Below, in pieces: positions 22,580-32,093 of a stretch of DNA of 64,000 nucleotides. The stretch lies in NCBI GenBank assembly GCA_964649825.1, contig CAZYQW010000147.1, positions 15,217 to 79,216 on the forward strand, written 5' to 3'. The translations under genes were made by a program, and so were the position numbers. How positions within the stretch are numbered: position 1 is the stretch's first letter; every line of letters begins with the position of its first letter. The stretch comes from an uncultured Phycisphaeraceae bacterium (GTDB taxonomy: Bacteria > Planctomycetota > B15-G4 > JADJEK01). Below the pieces are notes generated by a model. It was not told where the DNA came from, made no database searches, and saw nothing but the letters and a program-made list of their open reading frames with translations.

Positions 22580-24739
22580 GTGGGCCCCGCATGGATCGCG
22601 CTCGTCGTCGCCGTCACCGCCGGGTCGGCCGACACTCGCTCGAAGGTGCCGTTCCTACCCGCGATCGATTTCGCGAGCCGCTCCGTGGAAGAGTGGCGGT
22701 CCGAGCTCGCGCGGAGCGGTGGCCGGTCCCGCGAGGCGCTTTGGTCGCTCTTCTATCACGATGACCGCGGCGACGAGACCGTCGCCGAGCTCAGGCGCTG
22801 GCAGCGCGACGCGCGGACGGTAGAGGCGCGCCGCGAGCTCGAGGTTGTGTTGAACCACTGGAGTCTTCCGGTCGACGCACCGCTCCCGCTCCCCGGGCTC
22901 CGGGAGCGGGCGGACGTGCCCGCTGGCCACCTTGCACTTCCGTCCGAGCCCTACGAGACCCCGTTCCCGCGATTCGCCGACCTCGACCAGCGGGCCTTGC
23001 TGGAGCGGCTGGACGGGGACGACCCGATGACCCGGGCGCGCGCCGCGTTGACGCTCGTGCATGCGGGACGGGATGTCGGGCGCGTCGTGCGGACTCTCTC
23101 GTCCGCGCTGTTCGCCGAGACGGCGGGAACGTGGTGCGGGTCCCCGTACGTGAGAAACGATCGGATTCCGGAACACGACGTCACGGGATCGGCGCTGCTC
23201 TGGTGCATCGACCATGCGGGGAGCAGCGCCGACGAAGCGTTGCTCGAGCTCCTCCTCGACCCGGAGGTCGACGAGGCGAGGCGGCCGGCCGAGCTCGGCG
23301 TCCTGCGCCAGGTCGGTCCGTCGTCCGCGGCGTCGCCGGCGGTCGTCACCGACGGGCTCGTCGTGCTCGCCGAACGTCCCGGACGAACCGGTGTGCTCGC
23401 GTGCCGTTGGGCGCTGCGGGTCGCGGAAATCGCGTACACGAGTTCGTTTCAGACCGACTTTGGCTTCGAGTGGAGTTGGAGCGAGGTCCCCGACTCGTGG
23501 TGGATGAGGGAGCCGCTCGGTTCACCACCCGCGGAGGAGATGCTCGCTCGGGTCGTCGGCGCGTTCCTCCGCGGCCGTCGGGCGCGCGGCACGGGAACCG
23601 CGGAGGATCTCGCCGCCGCGCTCGTCGCGGGCCTCCGCAGCGGCGTGGCGGCGCGCGTCCTCGTGCCGGAGGTGCTCCCCTGGCTCGAACGCGAGGACGC
23701 GGTGGGAGAAGCGGCCCTGTTCGTGGTCTGCGCGCTCGGCGCCTCCGCATCGGACGTCCGGGCGCGGTACGTCGAGGCGCTCCGGCGCATCGACCCCGAC
23801 GATCCGAGCGCGAGGATCCCGCGACTCCGCCACCACGACGGTGAGACCCTCGCGGCGCTCGAAGCGGCGTTCGACGCGGCCGGAGACAAGGCTCCCTTTT
23901 TCGACCCGTTGCTCGCCGCCGGCCTCCTCGACGTTCCGTGGTCGCGGGTGGGACGCGAGGCGGTTCGCTCCGCGCGCCGCGCCACGTCACCTTGGAGCCG
24001 CTGGTACGGGTGGTTCGCGTGCGGCGTCCGCGGCGTGCCCGAGGTCGCCCCGACCGACCCCGCGTACGAACAGGTGGAGATGCTCGCGATCGCGATCCGA
24101 ACCCTCCGCGAGTACGGCCGGGACGCGAGCGCGCCGCAAGACGCGCTCGAGCGGCTCGTGATGGAGGCCCCGCCCGAGCGGGGCAACGGTTCGTTCGTCG
24201 GGGCCGTCCCCCGCCGGATCGAAGCGCTCGGCATCGCGTCGCGCACGTTCATCGACTGGAGCATCGACTACGTGTGCGATCCGGAGAGGTATCACCACCG
24301 GGAGTTCGGGCGGATGCTCCAACGGTTCGCCCTCGACCGGCGGCAGCAGGCGAGGCTCTGCCACTTCGATTCCATCTGGGGGCTCGGCGACCACCTCGCG
24401 CTCTTCGCGGCGCGGGGTGAGGCGTCGATCGAGCGCGTCGGGGAGATCCGGGGTCTCGTGCGCCCACATCGGTCGTGGAGGAACGGCGTGGTACGGCATC
24501 GACTCGAGGTACTGGACGCGATCCTGTCGATCACGAAGGCGACGCCGGCCGAGCTCGGCGTCCTGCGCCGCGCGCTCGATGACGGGGACGCGGCGCACCG
24601 CCGCGAGGCGGTGGAGCTCGTCGCGCGGCACGGGGTGACGGCACCATCGATCGTGGACGCGGTCCGGCGCCGGTCGGTCGACCTCGACGCTGGCGTGCGC
24701 CGCGCCGCGGAGGGTGCGCTCCTCGTCCTCGAGAGGTGA
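22580..24739 (+). CDS. Hypothetical secreted protein with HEAT-like repeats
   Basis: Hydrophobic N-terminus; LLERLDGDDPMTRARAALTL; LRRALDDGDAAHRREAVELV...DLDAGVRRAAEGAL. Confidence 0.6.
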   Translation: MGPAWIALVVAVTAGSADTRSKVPFLPAIDFASRSVEEWRSELARSGGRSREALWSLFYHDDRGDETVAELRRWQRDARTVEARRELEVVLNHWSLPVDAPLPLPGLRERADVPAGHLALPSEPYETPFPRFADLDQRALLERLDGDDPMTRARAALTLVHAGRDVGRVVRTLSSALFAETAGTWCGSPYVRNDRIPEHDVTGSALLWCIDHAGSSADEALLELLLDPEVDEARRPAELGVLRQVGPSSAASPAVVTDGLVVLAERPGRTGVLACRWALRVAEIAYTSSFQTDFGFEWSWSEVPDSWWMREPLGSPPAEEMLARVVGAFLRGRRARGTGTAEDLAAALVAGLRSGVAARVLVPEVLPWLEREDAVGEAALFVVCALGASASDVRARYVEALRRIDPDDPSARIPRLRHHDGETLAALEAAFDAAGDKAPFFDPLLAAGLLDVPWSRVGREAVRSARRATSPWSRWYGWFACGVRGVPEVAPTDPAYEQVEMLAIAIRTLREYGRDASAPQDALERLVMEAPPERGNGSFVGAVPRRIEALGIASRTFIDWSIDYVCDPERYHHREFGRMLQRFALDRRQQARLCHFDSIWGLGDHLALFAARGEASIERVGEIRGLVRPHRSWRNGVVRHRLEVLDAILSITKATPAELGVLRRALDDGDAAHRREAVELVARHGVTAPSIVDAVRRRSVDLDAGVRRAAEGALLVLER

Positions 24740-24781
24740 GGACGAGACTCCGGGAAGCTCGACCCCCGGCGGGACCGACTC

Positions 24782-25825
24782 CTACTCTGCGTCCGCGAGC
24801 GTCAATCGGCAAACGGTCGTCGCTCCCGCCTGGACCTCGATCGAGCGGCGGCCGTAGCGTTCGATCGGCGCTCCCGTCTGCTCGTCGACGACGGCGAAGC
24901 TCGTGACGGGGAGCGCGGTCATGACGATTCGGACGTCGGTGGTCCCCGGTCGGTGGCCGGGGGAAGAGTGCCCCTCCTCGTACGGTTCGTACCCTTGCTG
25001 CGAAGCCTCGAGGACGTACGGCTCGTCCTGGGGGAGCAGGATCGTGAACCGGCCATCGTCACCGCTCGTCGCGCCGGCCCCTCGACCCGAGCCGCTGGGC
25101 CAACCCCAGACGCGGACGCCCGCCATCGGCGCACCCGATGCGGTCACGACGACGCCGGCGAGGACAGGCGCGTCTCGGAGCGCGAACTCGAGCCCCTCGG
25201 TGATCGCGCGCTCTTCCACGCGCACGTCCCGGATCGTCGTTCGGAGGGAAGCGACGTGGTGGCATAGGACCGCGTACGTCCCCGGCGGAACGTGTGCGAG
25301 GAGGAAGGTCCCGTCCACGTCCGACCGAGCGCTGGCGACGAATCCCCCGGGGAACGTGTCCTCGAGCGACACCTCGGCCGCGGAGATCGAGTTCCCCTCC
25401 TCGTCCACGACCCGGCCGGCGATGGCCCCCGTGTCCGGGAGGACCAGGTCGCCGAGATCGTTCGCTCCAGTGCGGAGCGGATCCTCGTCCCGTCCGCCGG
25501 CGACGCCGAAGATGCGTCCGGCGCGCCCGAACGACCATGCCGGAACGACGGTGAGCGAGACCCAGCTCGACGTGGGTCGCGGGACGTCGAACGCGAAGCG
25601 ACCGTCGGAATCGGTCTCGGTGGTGAAGCCATCGTCGGAAGGCGCGACTCCCGGTCCCCACGGCTCGCCGGCCGACGTGATGCGGACGTGGACGCCGGAG
25701 ATCCCCGCACCACGGACGTCGAGGACGCGACCCGTGATCTGTGAGCGGTCGTGCTCCGACACTTCGGCCCCCGTCGGCAGCAGGAGCAGCGAACCCACGA
25801 ACGAACCCGCAACGAGTCTCAGCAC
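24782..25825 (-). CDS. Carboxypeptidase-regulatory-like (prealbumin-fold) repeat protein, secreted
   Basis: Three full units (ITGRVLDVRGAGISGV, IAGRVVDEEGNSISAA, LAGVVVTASGAPMAGV), each with T.TD.DG.F-type motifs, and a fourth unit that stops short. Confidence 0.7.
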   Translation of the reverse strand: MLRLVAGSFVGSLLLLPTGAEVSEHDRSQITGRVLDVRGAGISGVHVRITSAGEPWGPGVAPSDDGFTTETDSDGRFAFDVPRPTSSWVSLTVVPAWSFGRAGRIFGVAGGRDEDPLRTGANDLGDLVLPDTGAIAGRVVDEEGNSISAAEVSLEDTFPGGFVASARSDVDGTFLLAHVPPGTYAVLCHHVASLRTTIRDVRVEERAITEGLEFALRDAPVLAGVVVTASGAPMAGVRVWGWPSGSGRGAGATSGDDGRFTILLPQDEPYVLEASQQGYEPYEEGHSSPGHRPGTTDVRIVMTALPVTSFAVVDEQTGAPIERYGRRSIEVQAGATTVCRLTLADAE

Positions 25826-26012
25826 GGCCCTGTCTCCGTTCGATGTGTTCCGGTCGTCGTCGGATCGAGAGCGAACGTAGCGAGGTCCGGGTCGTCGCCG
25901 CGTAACGGATCCGTCACGGTCGATCCGGTCCGCGTCCTTGAAGAGCGAGGCTCGATCTCCTCGACCCCGAGCGCCACGTCGCTGCTCCTCTTGCGTGCCG
26001 TCGCGTGCCGCG

Positions 26013-27467
26013 TCAACGCTCGGCCACGCCGATCACGCGAAACCCGACATTGTCGCTGCGCGTCGCGCCGTCGATGACGTCGCGGTTGCTCGACCGACAA
26101 CCGGCGTAATTCGTCGCCCAACCGCCGCCGCGAACGACGCCGAGCTCGCCCGAGATCGCCGGCAGGGCGCCCGAGGGGAGACACCACTCCGCCACGTTAC
26201 CGTGGCAGTCGTACAGTCCCCACTGATTCGGTGCGAGCGAGGCGACGGGGAACGGTCCCACGCCTCCCGGACCGAGGTTCGACTCGAACCACGCGACCTC
26301 CGGCAGGCGATCTGCGAAGACGCGGCGATTCGTCGGAGTCAACGAAACCGCGATCGGAGCGCGAGTCGCGGCGCGGCACGCATACTCCCATTCGTCCTCG
26401 GTTGGGAGTCGAAACCGATAGCCGATGCCCTGCTCGCGGGCGAGCCGGCTGAGGACGAGGCAGAACCGCTTCGCCTCGACCAGCGTGAGCCCGTGAACCG
26501 GCAGCGACGGATCCTGGACGGACGACGGGTTCTGCCCGAGTACGCTCGCGTACGACTCCTGCGTTACCTCGGTCCGACTCATCAGCACCCCACCATCCAT
26601 GGCGAAACGCCTTTGCTTCTCCTGAGTGACGTCCGCGTCCTGGTCGATCTCGTCGGCGCCGGCCGGCCCGACGGCGGACATGCCGAGCGTCGTGACACCC
26701 GCGGGGATCGGAAGGAAGTCGACGCCCAGAAACGTAAGACGAGGAGGGGCGGGCGGAGGGATTTCCACTTGGCGGATCCAAACGAGATCGAGGAGCACGC
26801 CCGCGGCGGAGCTCGCGAGCTCGTCTGCCGTTCCGAGGACGAGTTCGCGCTCCTCCGTGCTGGCCGGCGCCTTCGCCGACGTCGACGACGCCAGATCCCG
26901 CGCATAGTCCAATCCGAGGAGCCGTCCCAACGGCAGGTCCGCGACCGCGAACCCGCGGAGGTTCTCGACCGCGACGATCGCTCGGCGATCCCCGGCAACG
27001 GCGGCATCGTTCAGGACGCGATGAGCCCGAGCGATACACCAGAACCACTCGCGGGACGACATGCGTTGTTCCGACAGCGACGATGCCACGTCGAACGCGT
27101 TCGGCCGAGTGACGAAACGGTACGCGGACAGCCAATGGTGCGCCGCGTCTCGCCATTCACGTCCCGCGCTCGATCGGGACAGGTCGTCCGGCTCCAATAG
27201 CCGATCGGGGCAGGCGTCGACGAAGGAAGTCGTCACCACGCCTCGTATCCGCAGCGCCCTCATCCAGCGGTCCCGTCGCAGATGCTGGTCCAGTGGGATC
27301 CGGAACGGGTACGCGTGATCCGTCGCTCGGGCGGTCTCGAACAGTGGCTGATCCCCTGCCGCGAATCTCCGGACCTCGGCCTGGACGACGACGCCAGCGA
27401 GAACGCTTGCCACCAGCGTCGTCACGATCGCGGCGACCGTGATCTTTCGCCACGCCACCGTCCTCAC
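26013..27467 (-). CDS. FGE-sulfatase/SUMF1-fold protein with an N-terminal membrane anchor (TagR-like)
   Basis: SRTEVTQESY, FRLPTEDEWEYACRA, PNQWGLYDCHGNVAEWC and RGGGW...R....VGFRV. GTG 27467 overlaps the upstream stop (GTGA). Confidence 0.8.
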   Translation of the reverse strand: MRTVAWRKITVAAIVTTLVASVLAGVVVQAEVRRFAAGDQPLFETARATDHAYPFRIPLDQHLRRDRWMRALRIRGVVTTSFVDACPDRLLEPDDLSRSSAGREWRDAAHHWLSAYRFVTRPNAFDVASSLSEQRMSSREWFWCIARAHRVLNDAAVAGDRRAIVAVENLRGFAVADLPLGRLLGLDYARDLASSTSAKAPASTEERELVLGTADELASSAAGVLLDLVWIRQVEIPPPAPPRLTFLGVDFLPIPAGVTTLGMSAVGPAGADEIDQDADVTQEKQRRFAMDGGVLMSRTEVTQESYASVLGQNPSSVQDPSLPVHGLTLVEAKRFCLVLSRLAREQGIGYRFRLPTEDEWEYACRAATRAPIAVSLTPTNRRVFADRLPEVAWFESNLGPGGVGPFPVASLAPNQWGLYDCHGNVAEWCLPSGALPAISGELGVVRGGGWATNYAGCRSSNRDVIDGATRSDNVGFRVIGVAER

Positions 27468-28726
27468 CGCTCGACGGGCGGCGGCCGTTTGACGATCGCC
27501 ACGAGGCGGAATCCGAGGGTCGCCTCGCGAGCCGTCGCCGGCATGCTCGTGCGGAAGGAGCACTGGAACTGCCAGGGGTTCTTCGTGGCGACATGGCCTC
27601 CCCGCACACACATCAAGCTGCTCTCCGAATGGGCCTTCTCCGATGACGGATCGTGCGTGATCCCGCCGCCTCCGACCTGCTTCCAACGATTGTCGGACCA
27701 AGTGTCCCAAGTCCACTCCGCGACGCCACCCGCAAGATTGGCGATCCCACTGTCGGTTCGGTCCCGCTCGAAGTCGTAGGTTCCACGCTTCCCCCTCACC
27801 AGATTGGCCATTGTGTCGGCGACGTCGAAGTCATCTCCCCACGGGAAAAGACGACTGGGCTCCGAACCCGATACCGCGGCGTATTCCCACTCCACTTCCG
27901 TCGGCAAGCGCACCGTCAGCGACGTCGTGTCGTCCCTGCGATACAACTTCCAAGAGTCGCTCAGCCTTCGAGTGAACTCATATGCGTCGGTCCAGTTCAC
28001 GAATCGCGCCGGCTCGTCGTCTCTCGCGGACTCGAGATCGTCGAGGGCACCCAGGTGCTCCGCGTAGGACCGATTGCTCCAGGAACGGCTCGGCTTCTCG
28101 ATCCCCATGACGACTCGGTACGCGAGATCGGAGACTTCCGTGGCCCCGATGTAGAACCCATCCGAGATCGTGACCGGCACCAGTGGCGATGAGAGCGCCC
28201 CGGCGGGCGACATCGAATTCAAGACGGTCTGAGCTGGTTCGAGTCGGTTGTCTGTCGGATCGATCCCGACCGTGCACGTTCCCGGATCGACCCGCACGAA
28301 CCGGAGTTCGCAAGTCGTCCCACGTGCGGTCACCACGATCTTCGCCGTACCGGCTTCGTCGTCTTCGACCCATGCGATCGACGGCTCGCGCGCGGTCCGC
28401 TGACGCTCGGGGGAAGCGCGTACATTTTTCTGAAGTGCACGCAGCGCGGACAGCACGGCCTCGATCCGTTGCGTCTGCTCCACGTGCCTCCCCAGGAGTT
28501 CCTCGACCTGCGTGGCCAACAAGTCGACCTGACGCACGAGTTCGTCCGCTCCGGCGAGCTTCGAATCCGGTGACGGTCGCTCGGTCGTGTCCTCCGCTCC
28601 GCCGGAGGACGTGATCCGAGCACGTGGACTCCGCGGATCCGGCTGGGCCAGGGTCGCGCAGTCCGACGAAAGACAACCGACCGTCAGCACGACGGCGATC
28701 GGGAACGTGTGAATCGGTCTCGACAC
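27464..28726 (-). CDS. Secreted FGE-sulfatase/SUMF1-fold protein with an N-terminal coiled coil (TagR-like)
   Basis: Signal-like N-terminus; coiled coil ELVRQVDLLATQVEELL...; IGATEVSDLAY, RLPTEVEWEYAA, NLAGGVAEWTWD and VRGG...TLGFRLV. Confidence 0.8.
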   Translation of the reverse strand: MSRPIHTFPIAVVLTVGCLSSDCATLAQPDPRSPRARITSSGGAEDTTERPSPDSKLAGADELVRQVDLLATQVEELLGRHVEQTQRIEAVLSALRALQKNVRASPERQRTAREPSIAWVEDDEAGTAKIVVTARGTTCELRFVRVDPGTCTVGIDPTDNRLEPAQTVLNSMSPAGALSSPLVPVTISDGFYIGATEVSDLAYRVVMGIEKPSRSWSNRSYAEHLGALDDLESARDDEPARFVNWTDAYEFTRRLSDSWKLYRRDDTTSLTVRLPTEVEWEYAAVSGSEPSRLFPWGDDFDVADTMANLVRGKRGTYDFERDRTDSGIANLAGGVAEWTWDTWSDNRWKQVGGGGITHDPSSEKAHSESSLMCVRGGHVATKNPWQFQCSFRTSMPATAREATLGFRLVAIVKRPPPVER

Positions 28727-28798
28727 TTCGTGGTTCTCCTCTTCGGTGCCTACCCAAACGTGGATCCCCGCTGCGCGTTCTCTGTACTTCCTCGTCGT

Positions 28799-31700
28799 TC
28801 ATGCCGCCTGCTCGATGAGCTTCACCGGTTCGAACCTCGCCGCCTTGAGGCCCGAGTAGCAGAACGCGAAGACGCAGCTCGCGCACACCATCGCGAGCGC
28901 CTTCAGGCAGTCGGAGAACTCGATCCAGCAGGTTCCCGGGCTGACCAGCGCGTTGATCCCGGCCTGGACCAGGTAGCCGCCCGAGATGACGAGGGCCGAT
29001 CCGATTGCCATTAGGAAAAAGTTCCGGACGGTTATGACCCAGAGCACCGCAGCGGGCGTGAGTCCGACCAGACGGAGAACGCCGATCATCGGCATACGCT
29101 GAAAGACGTTCATGACGGTGACGATGAAGATCGTGACGATCGCCGCGAGGAACGTCGCCCAGTAGATGATCGACACGAGTCGCTCCAGGATCGCGGCGTT
29201 GCCCTGCAGCTCTTTCACCGCGAACACGCCCGGCGCGTGCACCTCGAAGTCCGCTGCCAGCACCTGACGAAGCACGGGGATGTCCTCGATGTCCTTGGGG
29301 TAGACGAACGCCGTCGTGAACTCCAGATTTCCCCGGAGCGCGGGATGGAACTTGCCGGTCGCTCGATCGAAGACGACCGTTCCGATCTCCTGGGCGCGGT
29401 GGAGCGCGACGAGGTCCTCGGGTAGGTACACCCAGTCGCGAAGCGGGTTGTCGAGGTCGTCGAGGTCCACGGGGCGGCGGCCGACCGCGACCTCGTACGT
29501 GACGTCGTCCGCGACCCTCACCTCGACTCCCTCTTCGAACGCCAGGCTCAGCTCGCTGGGCACGGGGAGCGGGTGAGAGTCGTCGGGCGGCATCAGAGCC
29601 ACCATGGGTAGCAACGTCTTGGCCACGGGGCGCGCGAACAGGTCGGAGATGCCGTCGAGGAACCGGGGCTGTTTCGCTTCCCTCGCCCGGCTCTTCGTGT
29701 GGACGTAGTACGGAAGTCTCCCCCGCAGCTCCTGAGGTAGGCTGATCGCCCGGAAGGACGACCCGCCGATCGAAACGTCGATCGGCGGATTGAATCCGAG
29801 GCAGAACGCCTGTTCGTTTTCGTTTCTTCCCGACCCTTCCCGCAGACGTCTCCAAAGGCTCCTTCGCGCGCCGTCGGTCAGGACGACCGGTCGCCGTTGG
29901 CCGGAGTCGTCACGAAGGCGGCTCACGACGGCCGCGCACCTGGCGTACGACGGGAACTTCGGGGCGTCCGCGCCGGTCATCCGGGGTCGGTCGAGATACC
30001 CGAAGAACGTCGCTCGCGGATCATCGCTCGCGATCTCGACACACTCGAGTTCATAGGACTCGAGCAGTTGGGCCGCCTCGAGGTCGAGCAACGGCTCGTC
30101 CGGGGACCGCTGTGAGTAGAGGAGGATCGACTCGTAGGCGTATTCCACGTCGCCATACCGGTTCTCCGTCCCCGGAAGATGGAACTCGGTCGGCGCCGAA
30201 AGTCCGCCGCGAATGCCGGAGTCGTCCGTGATGTCGACGGGGAACCCCTGCCGGAAGATCTCGAGCTTCTCCAGCAGACGCAGCGGAACATACGCCGTTT
30301 GGTAGCGAGGATCGGACGTGATGAGGTCGAGGATCCGGACGGGGACCCAGTGGAATTCGCCGCCGTTGTGAACGCCGAGCTCCAGATAGCCGGCGCTCAG
30401 CGTCGCGTTGGCTGGGACGTGTCGAGACTCGACCGCGTAACGCAGCAGTTTCTCCGCGTGCTCGCGATAGACGACGATCTCCAGAGCACGCCCCGTCAGC
30501 GGCCGAAGCCCCAGCGTATCGATCAACGGATCCCGCTCGTCGAGCAGGTAGATCTGATAGTTGTCCGCCTCGACGTCGCCTTCTCGCTTGAGGAACCCCC
30601 GAAACCATTCCGATTCTTCGGACTGCCCATTCAGGAACTCCGAGTCGAGCGCCGGAATCGGATCCACGTCGCCGGGAGTCCGGAAACGGAGTTTGCCGTT
30701 GATCGAACGTCCGAGAGAGATTGCGCGAATCGCGGGGAACTCGGACTTGAGCTGCTCGCAAAGCGTCCCGTTGAGCGCGGTCGACTCGCGCCACGGCGTG
30801 ATGCGCAGGCGCGACAGGGTCGGGCTCTGACGGATGTTCTGCGTGAGCCGCTGGATCAGCCCGTTCCTGAGCCCGAACAGTAGCAGGAGCGGGAGCGTGA
30901 GACACAGAACGGTGAGAATGAACGAGGTAACGAGGTTTCGGTCGTGGTACCCGTCCTTGATGGCGACCTTGGTGTACATGCCGAACCGCCCGAGAAGACT
31001 GCTTCGATCGAGCTGCGAGTTTCCGTCGCTCGAGAGTTCGTCCGCCCACACGCTCTTCCGCTCCTCGATCGATTGTGAGTCCCGGATGATGACCGCCGTC
31101 GAACGCGACGTCCGCTCGTAGTCCACGGTTCCCAGCCACTGGCGGTCCTCGAACGAGCGGAGCCTCAGGATCGGAAGACCGAAGTGTCGCGCGAGCTCCT
31201 CGTCATGCGTGACCATGACGATCGTGCTCTGCGACTCGAGTGAATCGCGCATCGCGAGAAGAGCTCGGACGGCCGCGAACGCGCTCTGCTGATCCAGGTT
31301 GTTCGTCGGTTCGTCCGCGAAGACGAGCGTCGGATTGTGGACGATCGAACGCGCGAGGAGCACCCGCTGTCGCTGGCCGCCCGAGAGAGCGGATCGCCGC
31401 GAGCCGCGGATTCGGTCGACGAGCTCTTCGCCGTTGGTCCCGTTCGACCACGTCGGGCGCTCGTCGGCGGGATCGAACAGGGAATGGAAAAGGTTCTTCT
31501 CGTACTCGAGCGCCTTTCCACGCTTGGCAACGTCCCGGAGCTGGCCCGTGGCGTGCAGCGGCAGCGAGACGTTCTCGGCCGCGGTGAGTGCGCCGAGAAG
31601 CTCGCCCGACTGCAACGCGAACCCGATGTGATGGCGCCGCACGACCTCACGGATGTCGCTCGGTACGGCCCGCTTCGCGTTCTGGATCACGAGAGGCTCC

Positions 31701-32002
31701 GCCGATACCTCCGGAACGCTCAACGTGAAGAGATCGACGTGGGTCGGCTTCCTCAGCAGCCCCATCACCGTCAGTAAGGTCGTCTTGCCGCACCCGGACG
31801 GCCCCACCAGGCAGACGAAGCTTCCCCGCGCGATCTCGAGGTGGGGAACGTGAAGCAGGAACGAGTTCTGCGGCCGGATCGGCTCGACCGAGGCGAGCAC
31901 TTCCTCCGCGCTGGCTCCATGAGGGGGCCGCCAACCATTCGGCCCGTTGAAGAAGTGCCACAGGTTGGAGATGTGGATCGCCGGCGCGTTGTCGGAGCTC
32001 AC
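28799..32002 (-). CDS. Fused ABC ATPase + FtsX/MacB-type permease (TagT/TagS-like)
   Basis: GPSGCGKTT, LSGGQRQRV, VFADEPTNNLD and VTHD. TM1 (LTLPLLLLFGLRNG) is followed by a periplasmic region of about 560 aa and three C-terminal TMs. Start GTG 32002 with AAGGGG upstream. Confidence 0.85.
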   Translation of the reverse strand: MSSDNAPAIHISNLWHFFNGPNGWRPPHGASAEEVLASVEPIRPQNSFLLHVPHLEIARGSFVCLVGPSGCGKTTLLTVMGLLRKPTHVDLFTLSVPEVSAEPLVIQNAKRAVPSDIREVVRRHHIGFALQSGELLGALTAAENVSLPLHATGQLRDVAKRGKALEYEKNLFHSLFDPADERPTWSNGTNGEELVDRIRGSRRSALSGGQRQRVLLARSIVHNPTLVFADEPTNNLDQQSAFAAVRALLAMRDSLESQSTIVMVTHDEELARHFGLPILRLRSFEDRQWLGTVDYERTSRSTAVIIRDSQSIEERKSVWADELSSDGNSQLDRSSLLGRFGMYTKVAIKDGYHDRNLVTSFILTVLCLTLPLLLLFGLRNGLIQRLTQNIRQSPTLSRLRITPWRESTALNGTLCEQLKSEFPAIRAISLGRSINGKLRFRTPGDVDPIPALDSEFLNGQSEESEWFRGFLKREGDVEADNYQIYLLDERDPLIDTLGLRPLTGRALEIVVYREHAEKLLRYAVESRHVPANATLSAGYLELGVHNGGEFHWVPVRILDLITSDPRYQTAYVPLRLLEKLEIFRQGFPVDITDDSGIRGGLSAPTEFHLPGTENRYGDVEYAYESILLYSQRSPDEPLLDLEAAQLLESYELECVEIASDDPRATFFGYLDRPRMTGADAPKFPSYARCAAVVSRLRDDSGQRRPVVLTDGARRSLWRRLREGSGRNENEQAFCLGFNPPIDVSIGGSSFRAISLPQELRGRLPYYVHTKSRAREAKQPRFLDGISDLFARPVAKTLLPMVALMPPDDSHPLPVPSELSLAFEEGVEVRVADDVTYEVAVGRRPVDLDDLDNPLRDWVYLPEDLVALHRAQEIGTVVFDRATGKFHPALRGNLEFTTAFVYPKDIEDIPVLRQVLAADFEVHAPGVFAVKELQGNAAILERLVSIIYWATFLAAIVTIFIVTVMNVFQRMPMIGVLRLVGLTPAAVLWVITVRNFFLMAIGSALVISGGYLVQAGINALVSPGTCWIEFSDCLKALAMVCASCVFAFCYSGLKAARFEPVKLIEQAA

Positions 32003-32093
32003 TGCTCGACCCCTTGTCGTCAAGTTACGTGGTGCATTGCGCCGCAGTTCCGAACGGAAGCGACGGCGCAACTCGGAAACGAACGATGCGCAA

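Noticed and set aside
25830-26010. LFKDADRIDRDGSVT fragment on the minus strand resembling an EF-hand
   Set aside because: Too short and imperfect, with no supporting ORF.
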